Assembly (NCBI RefSeq): GCF_006345805.1
Contig: NC_043000.1
Coordinates: 7,998,001-8,062,000 of the forward strand
DNA from: Octopus sinensis
Lineage: Eukaryota
Direction of reading: 5' to 3'
DNA: 64,000 bases
Shown here: piece after piece, positions 12,352 through 24,164 of the stretch
Numbering within the stretch: position 1 is the stretch's first letter
Layout: every line of letters starts with the position of its first letter
Translations under genes and position numbers: made by a program
Notes under the pieces: generated by a model
Seen by the model: the letters and a program-made list of their open reading frames with translations, nothing else
The model's database searches: none
Told to the model about the DNA's origin: nothing

Positions 12352-13643
12352 CGAGGGGCGTTCAATAAGTAATGCCCCTGACCCACTTCCCATAGCAGTA
12401 GAGCAACGAAACTTGGCACAGTTATTAGTCTTTTTCTACATAGGAACTACCCAGAGTTACGCATTTCTTCCATCGTTTGATGCAGCTCTGAAGACCGTTT
12501 TTGTAGAAGACCCCAGCTTGGTCCTCCAACCACGACATGACTTCAGAAATCAAGGCTGCATCATCTGGGAAATGCTTTCCTTTCAAAAACAACTTCATGG
12601 CTGGGAAGAGGTGAAAATCAGAGGGTGCAGGGTGAGGAGAGTAGGGGGGATGGGGGAGGAGTTCATAGCCGCACGCCTGTGCTTCTGATCTGGCGACACG
12701 CGCGTTGTGAACCGGAGCGTTGTCCTGCAAGAGGAGGATGCCTTTGCTGATCTTGCCCCGCCTCTTGATTTTGATAGCTTCTCTTAATTTCCTCAAAAGT
12801 GAAGCAAAATAGGCTCCTGTAATTGTGGCACCCTTTGCCAGGAAATCTGTCATCAGTACTCCGTCCTGGTTCCAGAAGACTGTGAGCATGAACTTGCCAG
12901 CAGAGGGCTGCACCCTTGCCTTCTTTGGAGGAGGTGAGTCACGGTGTGTCCACTGCATTGACTGGGCTTTGGTCTCTGGATCATAGTAATGGACCCAGGT
13001 TTCATCCTGTGTAATCAGTCTTTTGAAACATTTTGACTCATCTTCTTGGCACATCTCCAAATTCACCCTCGAGCACTCGACACGTTCTTGCTTCTGGAAA
13101 GGCGTGAGCAACCTGGGAATCCATCTGGCAGACACCTTTTGCATATGCAAATGGTCATGAATGATAGTTTCCACAGACCCGGTACTAATCTTGACCTCAT
13201 GGGCTATTTGGCAAATAGTTATGCGTCGATCTTCCAAAATGGCAGCCTCAACTTGACGGACAGATGCCTCATCAATGGCAGAAGGGGGTGACCAGATCTG
13301 GGAGCTGTTTCCACAGAGTTCCGACCATGTTTGAATTCACGATGCCAGCGTTTTACAAGGTCATATGATAGGGCATCATCACCATAAGTTACTTTCATTT
13401 CATCAAAAGTCTCCCGTGGTGTGCGTCCTTTCAAATACAAAAACCGGATCACTGCTCAACACTCAACAGGCTCCATTTCACACTTGACTCAGTTCAAACA
13501 CCTGTAAATAAGAAACCACAATTAGTTCAGAGCTGTAATTTGCCACTTAATCTATAGAGATATAAATAATTGCACATGCAAAATCTCAGCTAGATCAATC
13601 AACGGCAAGTGGGTCAGAGGCATTACTTATTGAACGCCCCTCG
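12352..13643 (-). mobile_element. Full-length (about 1.29 kb) mariner DNA transposon
   Basis: TIRs CGAGGGGCGTTCAATAAGTAATGCC.CTGACCCACTT at both ends; TA on the left flank, CA on the right; encloses a transposase. Confidence 0.95.
12425..13476 (-). pseudogene. Mariner DD34D transposase, disrupted
   Basis: ATG at 13474-13476 (MEPVEC*AVIRF, TGA probably from CGA); frameshift near 13285; WIPRLL, QDETWV, QDNAPVH-(34 aa)-D in YSPHPAPSDFHLF. Confidence 0.93.
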
Positions 13644-13647
13644 CATA

Positions 13648-13825
13648 TCACGTAAAAGCACCCGCTACACTCTCGGAGTGGTTGGCATTAGGAAGGGCAT
13701 CCAGCTGTAGAAACTCTGTCAAATCAAAATTGAAGCCTGGTGCAACGATCCTGTTCACCAGCCCTCAGTCAATCGACCAACCCATGCTAGCATGGAAAGC
13801 GGACGTTAAACGATGATGATGATGA
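13648..13825 (+). mobile_element. 5'-truncated RTE 3' tail
   Basis: AAAAGCACCC.CTACACTCTCGGAGTGGTTGGC.TTAGGAAGGGCATCCAGCTGTAGAAA...GGACGTTAAAC(GAT)n. Confidence 0.9.
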
Positions 13826-13994
13826 TATATTATACATATATATATATATAAGAACTCAAAACGACCTCGAACACACAAGTGCAAACAAGGGAGTCAGAGA
13901 AAGGCAGAATGCTACTTATATCTGAACACTACTACAGAAATATTCTTTTAAAAAAACTTTTCTTCTAATTTTTCTAAATTTAATTATTTAATCG

Positions 13995-14038
13995 TTACAG
14001 TTGAAAAGGTCTCAAAATGACCGAAACTGGTACTGAAA
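13995..14038 (+). ncRNA. Degenerate minimal type-I hammerhead ribozyme motif
   Basis: CAG-TTGAAAA-GGTC(TCAAAAT)GACC-GAAA-C(TG)G-TA-CTG; the core differs from CUGANGA at two positions. Confidence 0.45.
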
Positions 14039-14729
14039 GATTCACTATAAAATCATCTTAGCATTTTCTATTTTTGACTTGTTTTTTCATATATATATAT
14101 ATATATATATACATACATACATACATACATATGCATGTGACATCCTGTGCCCATATATGCATGTGTGTGTATACATACACATGCATATATATATATTATT
14201 TATATTATTATTTGATTTAATGCCATACATCCATTTCCAAGTAAATTTATCTGAAACTTTTTGATGTGACTCTACTCTATTCTGTTTTCTCCCCCTATCG
14301 TTTTCTCTCTCATCGTTTCACTAATTCCCTTTTTTCTCCCCTTCACCGTTTTCTCTCTGCCCCTCTTTTTCTCCCCATCTTTCTCCTTTACTCTCTCTTG
14401 TTGCTCACACATGACCATCGTCCATCTTTCTTTTCCTCACATGATCATCTTTCTTTTCTTTCAGGGCTGTCCTAAAGACTGGATGTATCCTATCTCTCCC
14501 TTCTATCTTTTCTCTTGTCAAAGAAAATATTTCTCCAGCGTTCGCTATTTTACCCTCGTTCTGGTCTAATGACCCTCCATGTTTGTTTCCGTTCGGTTTC
14601 CTTGTATGTCTCCACTCTCCTGTTTTTGTTCCCAACTTTGACCTTCCATAAATCCCAAATTTTATTTTGGTACTTATGGGAGCAACTGTCTTCAATGACT
14701 CACTTTGTCATTCAATGCTCGAAATAAGG

Positions 14730-14875
14730 AATAGATAGATAGCTGACAACTGATGAAGGGTCGTTCTTTATGTTACTTGTTCAATTTTCCATTTGTTTCT
14801 CTTGTTGTTTGCATATTAAACTCATTTGTTTTCCTATTTCATGTTGTTTACTGTTGGTGATGTCCTGTACCCATA
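14730..14875 (+). repeat. Unclassified dispersed repeat (second copy about 32555-32702)
   Basis: TAGATAG..AGC...CAACTGATGAAGGGTC...TAAACTCATTTGTTT...GTTGGTGA.GTCCTGTA.CCATATATG present at both loci. Confidence 0.8.
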
Positions 14876-14924
14876 TATGTATATGTATATATACATACAT
14901 ACATACATACATATACATATATAC

Positions 14925-15107
14925 GTAAAAAGCACCCACTACACTCGCGGAGTGGTTGGCGTTAGGAAGGGCATCCAGCTGTAGAAATATTGCCAGATAA
15001 TACTGGAGCCTGGTGCAGCCTTCTGGCTTCCCAGATCCCCGGTCGAACCGTCCAACCCATGCTAGCATGGAGAACGGACGTTAAACGATGATGATGATGA
15101 TGATGAT
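14925..15107 (+). mobile_element. 5'-truncated RTE 3' tail
   Basis: Same terminus as 23170-23357; starts in (CATA)n/(TA)n. Confidence 0.9.
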
Positions 15108-15261
15108 TACATACACACACACACACATGCACACACACACACGCACACATACACACACACACACACACACATATATAGGCATGGTTGTTTGCTGCCATGT
15201 GGTAAGAAGGGTAAATTGCTGCCATTATATATTTTTAATTATGCGCATTGTTTGTTTTTGG

Positions 15262-15900
15262 GTTTTTTTGACTACACAGTATAGTAGGCTTAGTTGGGCA
15301 CTGCCTGTGCGAAAAACTGTTGAGGGAAGCCATACTGCAAAGCAATTCTTCATAAGGAGTCTCTGAATAGTATCATATACCTTCTTAAAGTCAACAGAAT
15401 TTAGTTTAAGTGGTCTTTGAAGTTCAATAAACTGTTCAATAATATTTCTGAATGTGAAGATTTCCTCAGCAGAATTGGTTGTCACAAAATCCAACATGTT
15501 CCTCTCAATGTACAATGTCCACAGCCACTTCAAGCCTCTTTAAAAGTACTTTGCAGAAACACTATGTCAATAGCTTTAATGAACTTTACACATGTTTGTG
15601 AGACAGTGTTTGAATGGAAGAAAGGCAAACATACTTCTTCAATATGCTTACTGGAGTGAAACAAGGCTGCATTCTATCATCCCTACTGTTCTTAGTGGCA
15701 GTAAATTCTACCTACAGAAAAAAGTAAACATACTCATAGGTGTAGGAGTGGCTGTGTGGTAAGTAGCTTGCTTACCAACCACATGGTTCTGGGTTCAGTC
15801 CCACTGCGTGGCACCTTGGGCAAGTGTCTTCTACTATAGCCTTGGACTGACTAAAGCCTTGAGAGTGGATTGGGTAGACGGAAACTGAAAGAAGCCTGTC

Positions 15901-15956
<56 letters not shown>

Positions 15957-16385
15957 GTGTATATGTTTGTGTGTCTGTGTTTGTCCCCTCCCCCAACATT
16001 GCTTGACAGCCAATGCTGGTGTGTTTACGTCTCTGTAACTTTGCTGTTCGGCAAAAGAGACCGATAGAATAAGTACTAGGCTTACAAAGAATAAGTCCTG
16101 GGGTCGATTTGCTCGACTAAAGACAGTGCTCCAGCATGGTCCCAGTCAAATAACTGAAATTAGTAAAAGAGTAAGAATATACTCAATGGCAGAATACCAT
16201 GAAAAAATACAGATGAGACCGTAAGACCTGGATTTCACTGATGACCTTGTCCTACTCACTGAAGATGATAAAAACCTACAAGAGCTCAGAACAGAATATG
16301 GGAAGAAAAATGAGAATAGAATACTGGAAAGATTGGTCTGACAATCAGTGAGGAGAAGACCAAAACAATTAACATTACAAATGTG
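15262..16385. mobile_element. Old LINE RT relic (RTE-like) with an inverted 5' part, split by a SINE
   Basis: Minus 15262-15590: EEIFTFRNIIEQ...VDFKKVYDTIQR. Plus 15600-15715: TGVKQGCILSSLLFL. Plus 16180-16385: DLDFTDDLVLL...KIGLTISEEKTK. Confidence 0.75.
15738..16175 (+). mobile_element. SINE S1, full length
   Basis: Complete head, internal (TA)n/(TG)n, tail. Confidence 0.92.
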
Positions 16386-17112
16386 TCATAATATTTGCAG
16401 CTAAAACAAACAAAATGAAAACCAACATTTGAGAAATGTCTCAAATATAATTATTTTCAAATACATCTTTGAATAAATGTAATTAACTTCTTACTTAATC
16501 ATAATATTTTCAACCAAATTTAAACAAATGACTATAAAACAATTAATTAATCAATTGTTATTTGACATTGAATAAATAGAATGTATTGAAGATGGTAAAT
16601 ACAAAAGATTGCCAGGCTTGTTCTCTTTGTCCTGACTAGTTTGTCACACCGTTATTTTGATTTCAAATTTCCCCAAATTTACCAAAACAAATTATGCTCT
16701 TCTAGACAGTTGCTGGTTAATTTCTTGTTGCCATGATTGTAGGTCTTGATAGAATCCCCCTCTGAACCTCTTCCATGTGCTCATTTCATTTTTTTCTCTC
16801 ACTACATCCAAAAAGAGGATGTGAGACTGGAAGCAGACTTGTAGCAGACAGATATTGCCATATTTTCCATATCAGCCACTCTAAGGAGTACAGTATCAGA
16901 CAATCACTGAATTACCCAACTTTTTTGTGAAACCAATGGGTAAGGTTGACTGAAATGGACCAATAAACATGATACTGCATAATACAAAGATTAATATTCC
17001 CCTACTAGTCGGAATCTCATGAAGGCTGGTAGGGTGAAAGTTCAAAGTTACTGTCACCCCTATTCTTATAAAAGTATTATCTTTCTCTCTATATATATAT
17101 GTGTGTGTGAGT

Positions 17113-17158
<46 letters not shown>

Positions 17159-17269
17159 CTGGCAATCTGTTGTATTTGTTATCTTCAAAACACACACGTA
17201 CACACACATATATATATATATATATATACATAAGATTATAATATATATGATATATAGTATATATTGTTT

Positions 17270-17515
17270 GTTCCTTCTCGAGCCATGCCAGGCTCATAAG
17301 GGCCGGTTTCCCGGTTTCAGTGGCGTAGAAATTCCCCACCTGGACGGGACGCCGGTCTGTCGCAGGATTACTCATTTTTGCCAGCTGAGTGGACTGGAGC
17401 AACTTGAAATGAAGTGTTTTGCTCAAGAAAACAACACATCGCCTGGTCCAGGAATCAAAACCACAACCTTACAATCATGCCTTCAACACCCTAACCACTA
17501 AGCCATGCGCCTCCA
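17270..17515 (-). mobile_element. tRNA-derived SINE, S4 head + tail X
   Basis: Reverse complement of the 47917-48160 type. Confidence 0.85.
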
Positions 17516-17811
17516 CATATAGTATATATAATATCTATCTATCTATCTGTCTGTCTCCCTGTCTGTCTATGTCTATCTGCCTGCCTGTCTGGCTGTCTTT
17601 CTATCTATCTGTCTTTCCATCTACCTACCCACCCATATATAGAGGTTAATCTAACATTGTTTAAGAATATGCAAACAAAATGCTTGCTTGTAGCTGAACC
17701 ACAAATCACAAACAGAAATCTTAAAAGCAGCAAATAATACGGAATAAAAGATGTAAATAATATTTGGTAGTAAATCAGCAACTATAAATTAGATACTAAT
17801 AAATATAACAT

Positions 17812-18728
17812 ACTAGGTGTTCAGGCTAATTTTGACATTTTGCATAAAGAGAAAATAATATACTATCCAAAAATAAAAGTATTTTAAAAACTCAAACCAT
17901 TCTCGGAGTGCTTGGCGTTAGGAAGGGCATCTAGCTGTAGAAACTCTGCTGGATGAAGATTGAAGCCTGGTGCAGCCATCTGATTTGCCAACCCTCAGTC
18001 AATCGTCCAACCCATGCTAGCATGGAAGGCGGACATTAAACGATGATGATGATGAAAAACTATCAACTAGATTATGGCTGGGAGATAACAGTTTACTCAA
18101 ATAGCAATCCTCAGCTGCCCCCACGATCTCAAGACAGCTTTGAAACCTGATACACGTGTTCCTCACTGTGTCTATAAGAAGGACTTTGAACACCACCTTG
18201 ATCTTGGTGAGCAGCTCTGCCTTGGTGTTACAAGCAGAGAATTTGGTGTATTTCTCATTCATCTTGCACCTCACATGTAGTAGTCTATGAGATCACAATT
18301 GGGGGTGATTAGGAGGCCATAAATTGTGGCTGGTAGAGTAGAAATTTTCTGACAGCCACTTCTGACTTTTTCTGGATCTATGGCAAGATGCTGAACACTA
18401 CTGTCATGCATATGGCCTTCCAGCAGCAACCCTCTTAAGCCAGAGATTGACCACAGTCTCCAGCAGCCGCACACAGCCATTGGAATTGAGTCTAAGGCTC
18501 TATTCGAAGGTGTAGGATGAATTCTCACATGCAGACACAGTCAGAACACCTGCTGTGTTCTTTTCTACTGGCCACTGCAACTTTTCATGTCATATCTTAC
18601 AGCTGTTACACTGTTCACAGGACGTTGGGCAACAGTCATACTGTCAAATGCTATTGACTGTTCACTAATACATTGATCTGTTCTTGAAAAATGGAGACAA
18701 AATGTCACTAAATTTAGCTTGAACACTA
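17812..18728 (-). mobile_element. Internally deleted maT-type (DD37D-like) element with an RTE tail inserted
   Basis: Imperfect TIRs TAGGTGTTCAGGCTAATTTTGACATTTT / AAAATGTCACTAAATTTAGCTTGAACACTA. Minus strand reads KSQKWLSENF...LWPPN...DYYM...EKYTKFSACNTKAELL...FQSCLE; homologous to 1-598. Confidence 0.75.
17897..18055 (+). mobile_element. 5'-truncated RTE 3' tail inside the maT element
   Basis: CTCGGAGTG.TTGGCGTTAGGAAGGGCATC...GGACATTAAAC(GAT)n. Confidence 0.85.
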
Positions 18729-19536
18729 TGTGTGTATATACATGTATGTGTATGTGTATATGTAGTCTCATAAGCCTCAGTCCTACTTTAATCATGTAGT
18801 AGGTGGTGACCAGATTCTACATCTGATCATCCATATGCTCTGACATCACTTAAGGATAATCTCCAATGCTGACTAATAATCTCCAGTTGGGATGATCTCA
18901 TTGTTGATGACTGTCTGATGATCTCAATGATTTTTTTTTTGTGCAGTGTTTTCTGTTTGGAGTATGCGTTTCCAATGCTGAAGATGCTCCTGCTACAGAA
19001 AAGACATTTGTTCTCTCACCTGATCCAATTGGTTCAATGTCACTCTTGGCTCCTGTTATGTTTTAATATAGACTTATCCACATGAAATCCTGTCCAGCAA
19101 GCCCAGCAATAATAGAATGAACATGTGAGCAATATATACTCAAAAATACATGATGATTAAAGCAGAACCCCCAAAACAATCCACGTGCAAAACAAAGCAG
19201 TATGCAGATTAGAACTATTATTTGTACAAATTCACAAAATACAAATACATTTACTAAACAAGGCAAAAGTCACCAAACTCAGATCGATACCAAGTCAGAA
19301 CTGAATTAGAGCAATATAACAGCTCCTTACCCATTGCTGTTGATTTGTGCATTTAGGTCACTCATTAATATTATGTATTCTGATATCATGTCTGGAGATA
19401 TTGTTGAAGATCGTAGACATCATCTAAAATAATAACGATAAAATAATGTTGTGATGATGTGCTAACTGAATGGGGCTCATGCAGAAACACAAAGACACAT
19501 ATACATACATACATACATATACACACACACACACAA

Positions 19537-19572
<36 letters not shown>

Positions 19573-19592
19573 TCACACACACACACACACAC

Positions 19593-19654
<62 letters not shown>

Positions 19655-19681
19655 TTATTCATACATATATAGATAGTCGAG

Positions 19682-22646
19682 ATGCTTGAACAGAGATGTG
19701 TGGATATATGTTGCATGCAAGAAGTTAGGTGGAGAGGAGGTTCTGCTAGGTTCCTCACAGGCAAGGAACACAGGTACAAGATTTTCTGGGCAGGGAACAC
19801 TGACGGGGTTGGAGGCGTGGGTATACTTATCGCTGAGAAATGGGTAGATAAAGTAATTGAGGTAATCAGAGTATGTGACAGAATACTTAAGATTAGATTA
19901 GCGCTTCATCATAGTTTAGCAACCATTATATCAGCCTATGCTCCTCAGTCGGGGCTACCTGATGGACAGAAAGACCGATTCTATGACACTCTACTGCAGA
20001 CTACCTCGTTGACGAACGACAGAGACCTTCTCTTTGTGGCTGGTGACTTCAATGGTCACGTTGGACGACATGCTGGGGGCTTCCATGGCGTACATGGAGA
20101 CTATGGCTCTGGTTCCCGCAAAGGAGGGAACCAGGCTGCTGGAGTTCTGCGATGCAAATAATCTTATGATTTGCAACACTAACTTCAGGAAACCTACCAG
20201 CCACCTAGTCACCTACCGATCGGGCCAACATACCAGCCAAATTGACTACATCCTTGCCAGGCAAAGGGAGAGATGGCTACTTATAAATGCCAAAACCTTC
20301 CCAGGCGAAGAATGTACCCCACAACATAGACTGGTAGTTAGTGACTTTAGGATCAGGACTAGGAGGACAACCAGAAGACGACCAACATGAAGAAGAAGGA
20401 TCTGGAAGCTTAAAGATCCTGCGAATGGACAGAGATTTAGGGACATGCTACTTGAAGCCTTTGACGAAGTAGAAGGGGATAGAGTATCACATGGGGTAGA
20501 AGGCAACTGGACGTTTCTAAGGGACAACCTGCTGAGAGCCACTGACCAGTTCTGTGGCTGGTGCAAAGTCTCCTCTCGTCTCAAGGTAACGTGGTGGTGG
20601 AACAGTGTTGTAGACAGGGCTATTAGAGAAAAGAGACAGACTTGGAAGCACTGGAACAATGGTGGTAGCAGGGAATTGTATCAGACTGCCAAAAGGGAAG
20701 CTAGGAGACAGGTCTATCTAGCCAGAGGGGAAGCAGATAAGAAAAAATTTGCCAATGTTCTGCGCCGTGAGAACCAAAGACTTGAGGTGTTTTGCGTTGC
20801 AAGACAGTGTGTGAAAGAGAATTGTGATGTGGTAGGAGAGAAGTGTGTTTGCATGGAAGATGGCTCACTTGTGCCAAATGAGGATGCAAAGAGAGAGGTT
20901 TAGAGACGCCACTATGAAAGGTTGCTGAATAAAGAAAATGAATGGGATAAAGAGAGTCTGCCGAATGTTGACCCAACAGAGGGACCAGCTATCAGAGTTG
21001 ATAGTTCCTTGGTAGTTAAGGCAATTAGAAGCATGAAGACAGGGAAAGCCCCAGGCCCATCAGGTGTCACTGCAGAGTTGCTCAAAATATCTCGTAGTGT
21101 CGGCTATAGCCTAGTCACCCGTATAGTTAATCAGGTGATACACGAAGGAGTCATACCCAATGACTGGTGTAGCAGCATAATAGTCAACTGCTACAAAGGT
21201 AAAGGTGACGCCCTAGATACAAATAATTACAGAGGTATCAAGCTGTTGGATCAGGTGATGAAGGTTACGGAGAGGGTCATAGCCCAACTAATTAGAGAGA
21301 GAGTTAGTTTAGATGAGATGCAGTTTGGGTTCGTGCCAGGGAAAAGTACCACTGATGCTATATTCCTGGTAAGGCAGCTGCAGGAGAAATACCTAGCCAA
21401 AGATAAGCCCCTGTACCTGGCTTTTGTTGACATGGAGAAAGCCTTCGACAGGGTCCCCCGATCCCTCATCTGGTGGTCAATGAGGAAACTAAGGATAGAT
21501 GAATGGTTAGTGAGAGCTGTGCGAGCCATGTACAGGGACGCTGCTAGTAAGGTGAGGGTTGGCAACGAGTACAGTGAAGAATTCCAGGTAGAGATAGGGG
21601 TCCATCAAGGCTCAGTCCTCAGCCCCCTCCTATTTATCATAGTCCTCCAGGCAATAATGGAGGAATTCAAGACAGGATGCCCTTGCGAGCTCCTCTATGC
21701 TGATGACCTTGCTCTAATTGCTGAGTCACTATCAGAACTGGAGGAGAAGTTTCAGGTGTGGAAGCAAGGATTAGAATCGAAGGGCCTTAGAGTCAATCTA
21801 GCTAAAACCAAAGTCGTAGTAAGTAGGAAGGTAGACAAATCACAAACGCCTTCAGGTAGATGGCCCCGCTCGATCTGTAGAAAAGGTGTATGTAGAAACT
21901 CTATAAGATGCACCAAGTGTAAGCTATGGACACATAAGAGGTGCAGCAATGTCAAAGGAAGGCTAACTAGGGAGATGGTTTTTGTATGTGGCAGATGCTC
22001 AGGAACAATAAACACTGAAAATGCTCTGAGACCAACTTCTGTCACTTTCCAGGGAGAAAAACTAGAAATAGTTTAGAGCTTCCGTTACCTAGGTGACCAA
22101 GTCAGCAGCGGGGGCGGGTGTGCTGAAAGTGTAACTGCTAGAGTAAGAATAGCTTGGGCAAAGTTCAGAGAGCTCGTACCTCTGCTGGTGACAAAAGGCC
22201 TCTCGCTCAGAGTAAAAGGCAGACTGTATGACGCGTGTGTACGAACAGCCATGCTACATGGTAGTGAAACATGGGCCGTGACTGCTGAGGATATGTGTAA
22301 GCTCGCAAGAAATGAAGCCAGTATGCTCTGATGGATGTGTAATGTCAGTACTCATACTCGACAGAGTGTAAGTACCTTGAGAGAAAAGCTGTACCTAATA
22401 AGCATCAGATGTGGTGTGCAAGAGAGACGTTTGCGCTGGTATGGGCATGTGGCAAGGATGGATGAAGATAGTTGTGTGAAAAAGTGCCACACCCTAGCGG
22501 TTGAGGGAACCTGTGGAAGAGGCAGACCCAGGAAATCCTGGGACGAGGTGGTGAAGCACGACCTTCGAACTTTAGGTCTCACTGAGGAAATGACTAGAGA
22601 CCTCTGGAAGTATGCTGTGCGCGAGAAGACCCGGCAGGACAAGTGA
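19682..22646 (+). pseudogene. RTE EN-RT polyprotein, disrupted
   Basis: Collinear ORF pieces 19682-20161, 20034-20390, 20445-20903, 20922-22076 and 22335-22646; one frameshift near 20120 and stops near 20390, 20903, 22076 and 22330. Confidence 0.92.
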
Positions 22647-22789
22647 GACCATAACCCGTGGCCTTCTACATGGGATGTAGCCAGCCCACTTATGCATACC
22701 TTCCCTTCTTGGGACACAAAACTCTACTTGTGAAGACCTGTTGAGGCAAGTGAGAAATCAGAATCGAAATTGATCAATGGAAATTGCAG

Positions 22790-23180
22790 CTGAGTTACCA
22801 GTACCGGTGGCACGTAAGAGAACCATCCGAACATGGCCGTTGCCAGCACTGCCCCGACTGGCCTCGTGCCGGTGGTACATAAAAAGCACCATCCGTTCGT
22901 GGCCGTTGTCAGCGCCGCTCAGACTGGCCTCGTGCCAGTGGCATGTAAAAAGCACCATCCGTTCGTGGTCGTTGCTAGCCTCGCCTGGCCCCTGTGCCAG
23001 TGACATGTAAAAAGCACCATCCGTTTGTGACTGTCTGCCAGACTCGTCTGCACCACCATCCGTTCGTGGCCGTTGCCAGCGCCGCCCCGACTGGCCTTGT
23101 GCCAGTGGCACATAAAAAGCACCATTTGTCCATGCCCGTTTGCCAGCTCCATCTGGCACCTGTGCGGGTGGCATGTAAAA
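22790..23180 (+). repeat. About 60-66-bp GC-rich minisatellite (5-6 imperfect units) in the RTE 3' UTR
   Basis: Recurrent TGGCA.GTAAAAAGCACCATCCGTTCGTGGCCGTTGCCAG...CTGGCC..GTGCC.G. Confidence 0.9.
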
Positions 23181-23356
23181 AGCACCCACTACACTCACGG
23201 AGTGGTTGGCGTTATGAAAGGCATCCAGCCGTAGAAACACTGCCAGATCAGACTGGGCCTGATGCAGCCTTCTGGCTTCACAGACCCCAGTTGAACCGTC
23301 CAATCCATGCTAGCATGGAAAGCAGACGCTAAATGATGATGATGATGATGATGATG

Positions 23357-23388
<32 letters not shown>

Positions 23389-23439
23389 TATGATATACAT
23401 ACATATATATATATTCATGTAGATAGCTAGACAGATAGA

Positions 23440-23660
23440 TAGATATATGCATACATACATGCATACAGACAGATATACACATACACACACACACGTATGA
23501 TAGACTTCCACACAGTTTCCATTTACCAAATTTACTCACAAGGTATGAGTCGGGTCGGAGCAATAGCAGAAGACAATTGCCAAAAGTGCCACACTGTGGG
23601 GCTGAATCCGAAACCATGCAGTCGCAAATCGCAAAGTGGACTTCTTAATCATACAGCCAT
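23440..23660 (-). mobile_element. SINE S1 5' half, degraded
   Basis: CAGTTTCCATTTACCAAAT.TACTCACAAGG...CACTGTGGG.CTGAA.CC..AACCATG. Confidence 0.7.
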
Positions 23661-23961
23661 ACCAGCATCATCTATATATTAATTTATATAATTTCAAAAT
23701 TTTTGATTTGAAATTATCAAATAATGTTTTCAATTAAATGGGTTACTGTCTGAAACGTTCAACATTCTAGAAAGGAGTTAGAAATAACCATCATTTGGCT
23801 TCCTAAAATAATTCGATTATTTATCTGTGCATATCGCAACTGTATTGATTTTATTATTGCGTACATAAATCTGCTTGTCTTTAACATTCAAGCATATACA
23901 AAAATTCTATTTTACAAGAATTTGAATGCTCTTTCTCCCTCCCTCCCTCCCTCCCTCCCTC

Positions 23962-23996
<35 letters not shown>

Positions 23997-24112
23997 TGCT
24001 TCCCTCACTCATATATATTTGCACAAGATGTCCGACAACACTATGAAACATAGAACTTTCTGATTGTAAATTGAACTTCTGAAATATTCAGCTATTGTGC
24101 ATCCACAACGGC

Positions 24113-24164
<52 letters not shown>

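Larger units (their letters stand above)
19672..23357 (+). mobile_element. Near-full-length RTE-clade LINE (APE endonuclease + RT + long minisatellite 3' UTR)
   Basis: EN motifs CMQEVRW, SAYAPQ, GDFNGHVG, QIDYIL, QHRLVV; RT motifs DMEKAFDRV, GVHQGSVLSP, YADD; (GAT)n tail; flanked by (TA)n on both sides. Confidence 0.95.

Noticed and set aside
14700-14770. GAAA...CTGATGAAGGG (also at 32535-32590) as a type-II hammerhead
   Set aside because: A stem II pairing (AATGCTC/GGGTCATT) is possible, but no stem I hairpin forms between the cleavage site and CUGAUGA in either copy.
22790-23180. CRISPR-like repeat-spacer array
   Set aside because: Eukaryotic context, no cas genes, and the inter-repeat sequences are homologous to each other, so it is a minisatellite.
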